From: an uncultured virus (IMG/VR IMGVR_UViG_3300031413_000586)
Taxonomy: Duplodnaviria > Heunggongvirae > Uroviricota > Caudoviricetes
DNA length: 56,649 bases
IMG/VR virus record: IMGVR_UViG_3300031413_000586
Direction: 5' to 3' (one strand)
Below, in pieces: positions 55,852-56,649 of the stretch (the first letter of the stretch is position 1; each line of letters opens with the position of its first letter). A program made the translations under genes and the position numbers. The notes beneath the pieces were generated by a model. It did no database searches and had not been told where the DNA came from. It saw only the letters and a program-made list of their open reading frames with translations.

Positions 55852-56649
55852 ATGCAATCAAGAATAGTTAATATAGACAATTTGAAAAAAGACTTTAACG
55901 TTCATTACAAAGTATTAATTGAAAGCAAGCAATTTAATGAGCATGATCTATTAAACCATGTACCGGTCAGATTTGATTTGTCAGAAAAATTTTCCGGCCA
56001 ACATGCGACCAATGATAGTTATAGTAATGATTATGACAAGTGTGTAAGCGTTTGTGTTAGTGCGATAGATTCTTATTTGGGATCTCTCTATTACGAACTC
56101 TCCAATTCAATTGAAACGATAAACAATAATTTGATGTATCGAATATTTCCCTTTTTATTTGATAAAGAACAATTAAATGAACTTATTATTAAAAGAAATA
56201 AAATATTAAGTTTAAAAGATAATAAAGACATATTGAAATCGCTAGTTGAATTTAATTTTAAATATATTGCTGATACGGAAAGTGACATTAAAGTTCCTTT
56301 TTATAGGTTCTCTATGAATCAGGTTGTATACTCGGTAGTACAAGATCCAGTAAGTTACCTAAAAATAGAAAAATTAATTGTTAGCGATATATCCATAGTT
56401 GATACAAAAACTGATAATGTTACCAATTGTGATTATGAATTTGATTACGAATTACTACAAGACAATAAGTTATCAAAATTGACATACGGTCAGTTTAGAA
56501 AATTTGATGGCAAAAAATGTATTGTAAATTATAATTATGCAATCTTTACTGATTTGGATGATGCTAAAGAACACTGTATTAAAGTATTAAATGCAATTAA
56601 AAATACAGTTGATGAAAAAATAAGAGATGTAGAAAATTTTCTTCCATGA
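55852..56649 (+). CDS. hypothetical protein
   Basis: 265 aa ORF, AGGA SD, ends at the last base. Confidence 0.7.
   Translation: MQSRIVNIDNLKKDFNVHYKVLIESKQFNEHDLLNHVPVRFDLSEKFSGQHATNDSYSNDYDKCVSVCVSAIDSYLGSLYYELSNSIETINNNLMYRIFPFLFDKEQLNELIIKRNKILSLKDNKDILKSLVEFNFKYIADTESDIKVPFYRFSMNQVVYSVVQDPVSYLKIEKLIVSDISIVDTKTDNVTNCDYEFDYELLQDNKLSKLTYGQFRKFDGKKCIVNYNYAIFTDLDDAKEHCIKVLNAIKNTVDEKIRDVENFLP

Noticed and set aside
349..56288. Short ORFs overlapping longer genes (e.g. 349..561, 622..912, 6901..7227, 25860..26219, 48002..48322)
   Set aside because: Antisense or off-frame shadows without SD or motifs.
1..56649. Genome-wide TAG reassignment (code 15-type)
   Set aside because: Long genes are intact under code 11 and TAG ends several genes normally (7653, 21160, 31179, 44533); internal ambers were seen only at the starts of pth2 and HD.
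1..56649. Definite assignment as phage, plasmid or chromosome
   Set aside because: No virion, terminase, rep, relaxase or core operon genes in this window; gene content only suggests a giant mobile element.

Overview
Very AT-rich, gene-dense accessory region of a large extrachromosomal element. It is either a jumbo phage or a megaplasmid, probably of a Gammaproteobacterium; no capsid, terminase, replication or core housekeeping genes are in the window, so the two cannot be told apart. It carries about 65 mostly short CDS on both strands with sigma70-like promoters and rho-independent terminators. Recognisable products include a SLOG protein, an RlmN-like radical SAM enzyme, a CoaD-CoaE fusion, SufE, Sir2, an LRR protein, an HD protein, a Pth2-like hydrolase, MazG, three OmpA-family lipoproteins, HAD/NUDIX/metallophosphoesterases, two DEDDh nucleases, two GNATs, an ART-metallopeptidase polyvalent protein, an RNA ligase, a RING-TerD protein, a PcfJ-like protein, an MFS-acyltransferase and a pilin-like protein, plus an Ala/Arg/CAT tRNA array. 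The most striking signals concern translation control. (1) A promoter, 18-codon leader peptide, alternative hairpins and terminator sit upstream of the tRNA array, and the leader's run of AUA-Ile/Ala/AGA-Arg codons matches the tRNAs downstream (candidate ribosome-mediated attenuator of a tRNA array). (2) The pth2-like and HD genes both have an in-frame amber codon 3-4 codons after an SD-led ATG, in the identical context TAG-ATT-GAT-AAT, and an ATG-TAG minigene lies nearby. (3) tRNA-like RNAs are present, including an Ala-acceptor mimic whose anticodon loop is replaced by a GAAA tetraloop. Ten otherwise dissimilar proteins also share a C-terminal [VIL]xxMxx[IL]-stop-type tag. All family calls are from motif recognition by eye; no searches were run.
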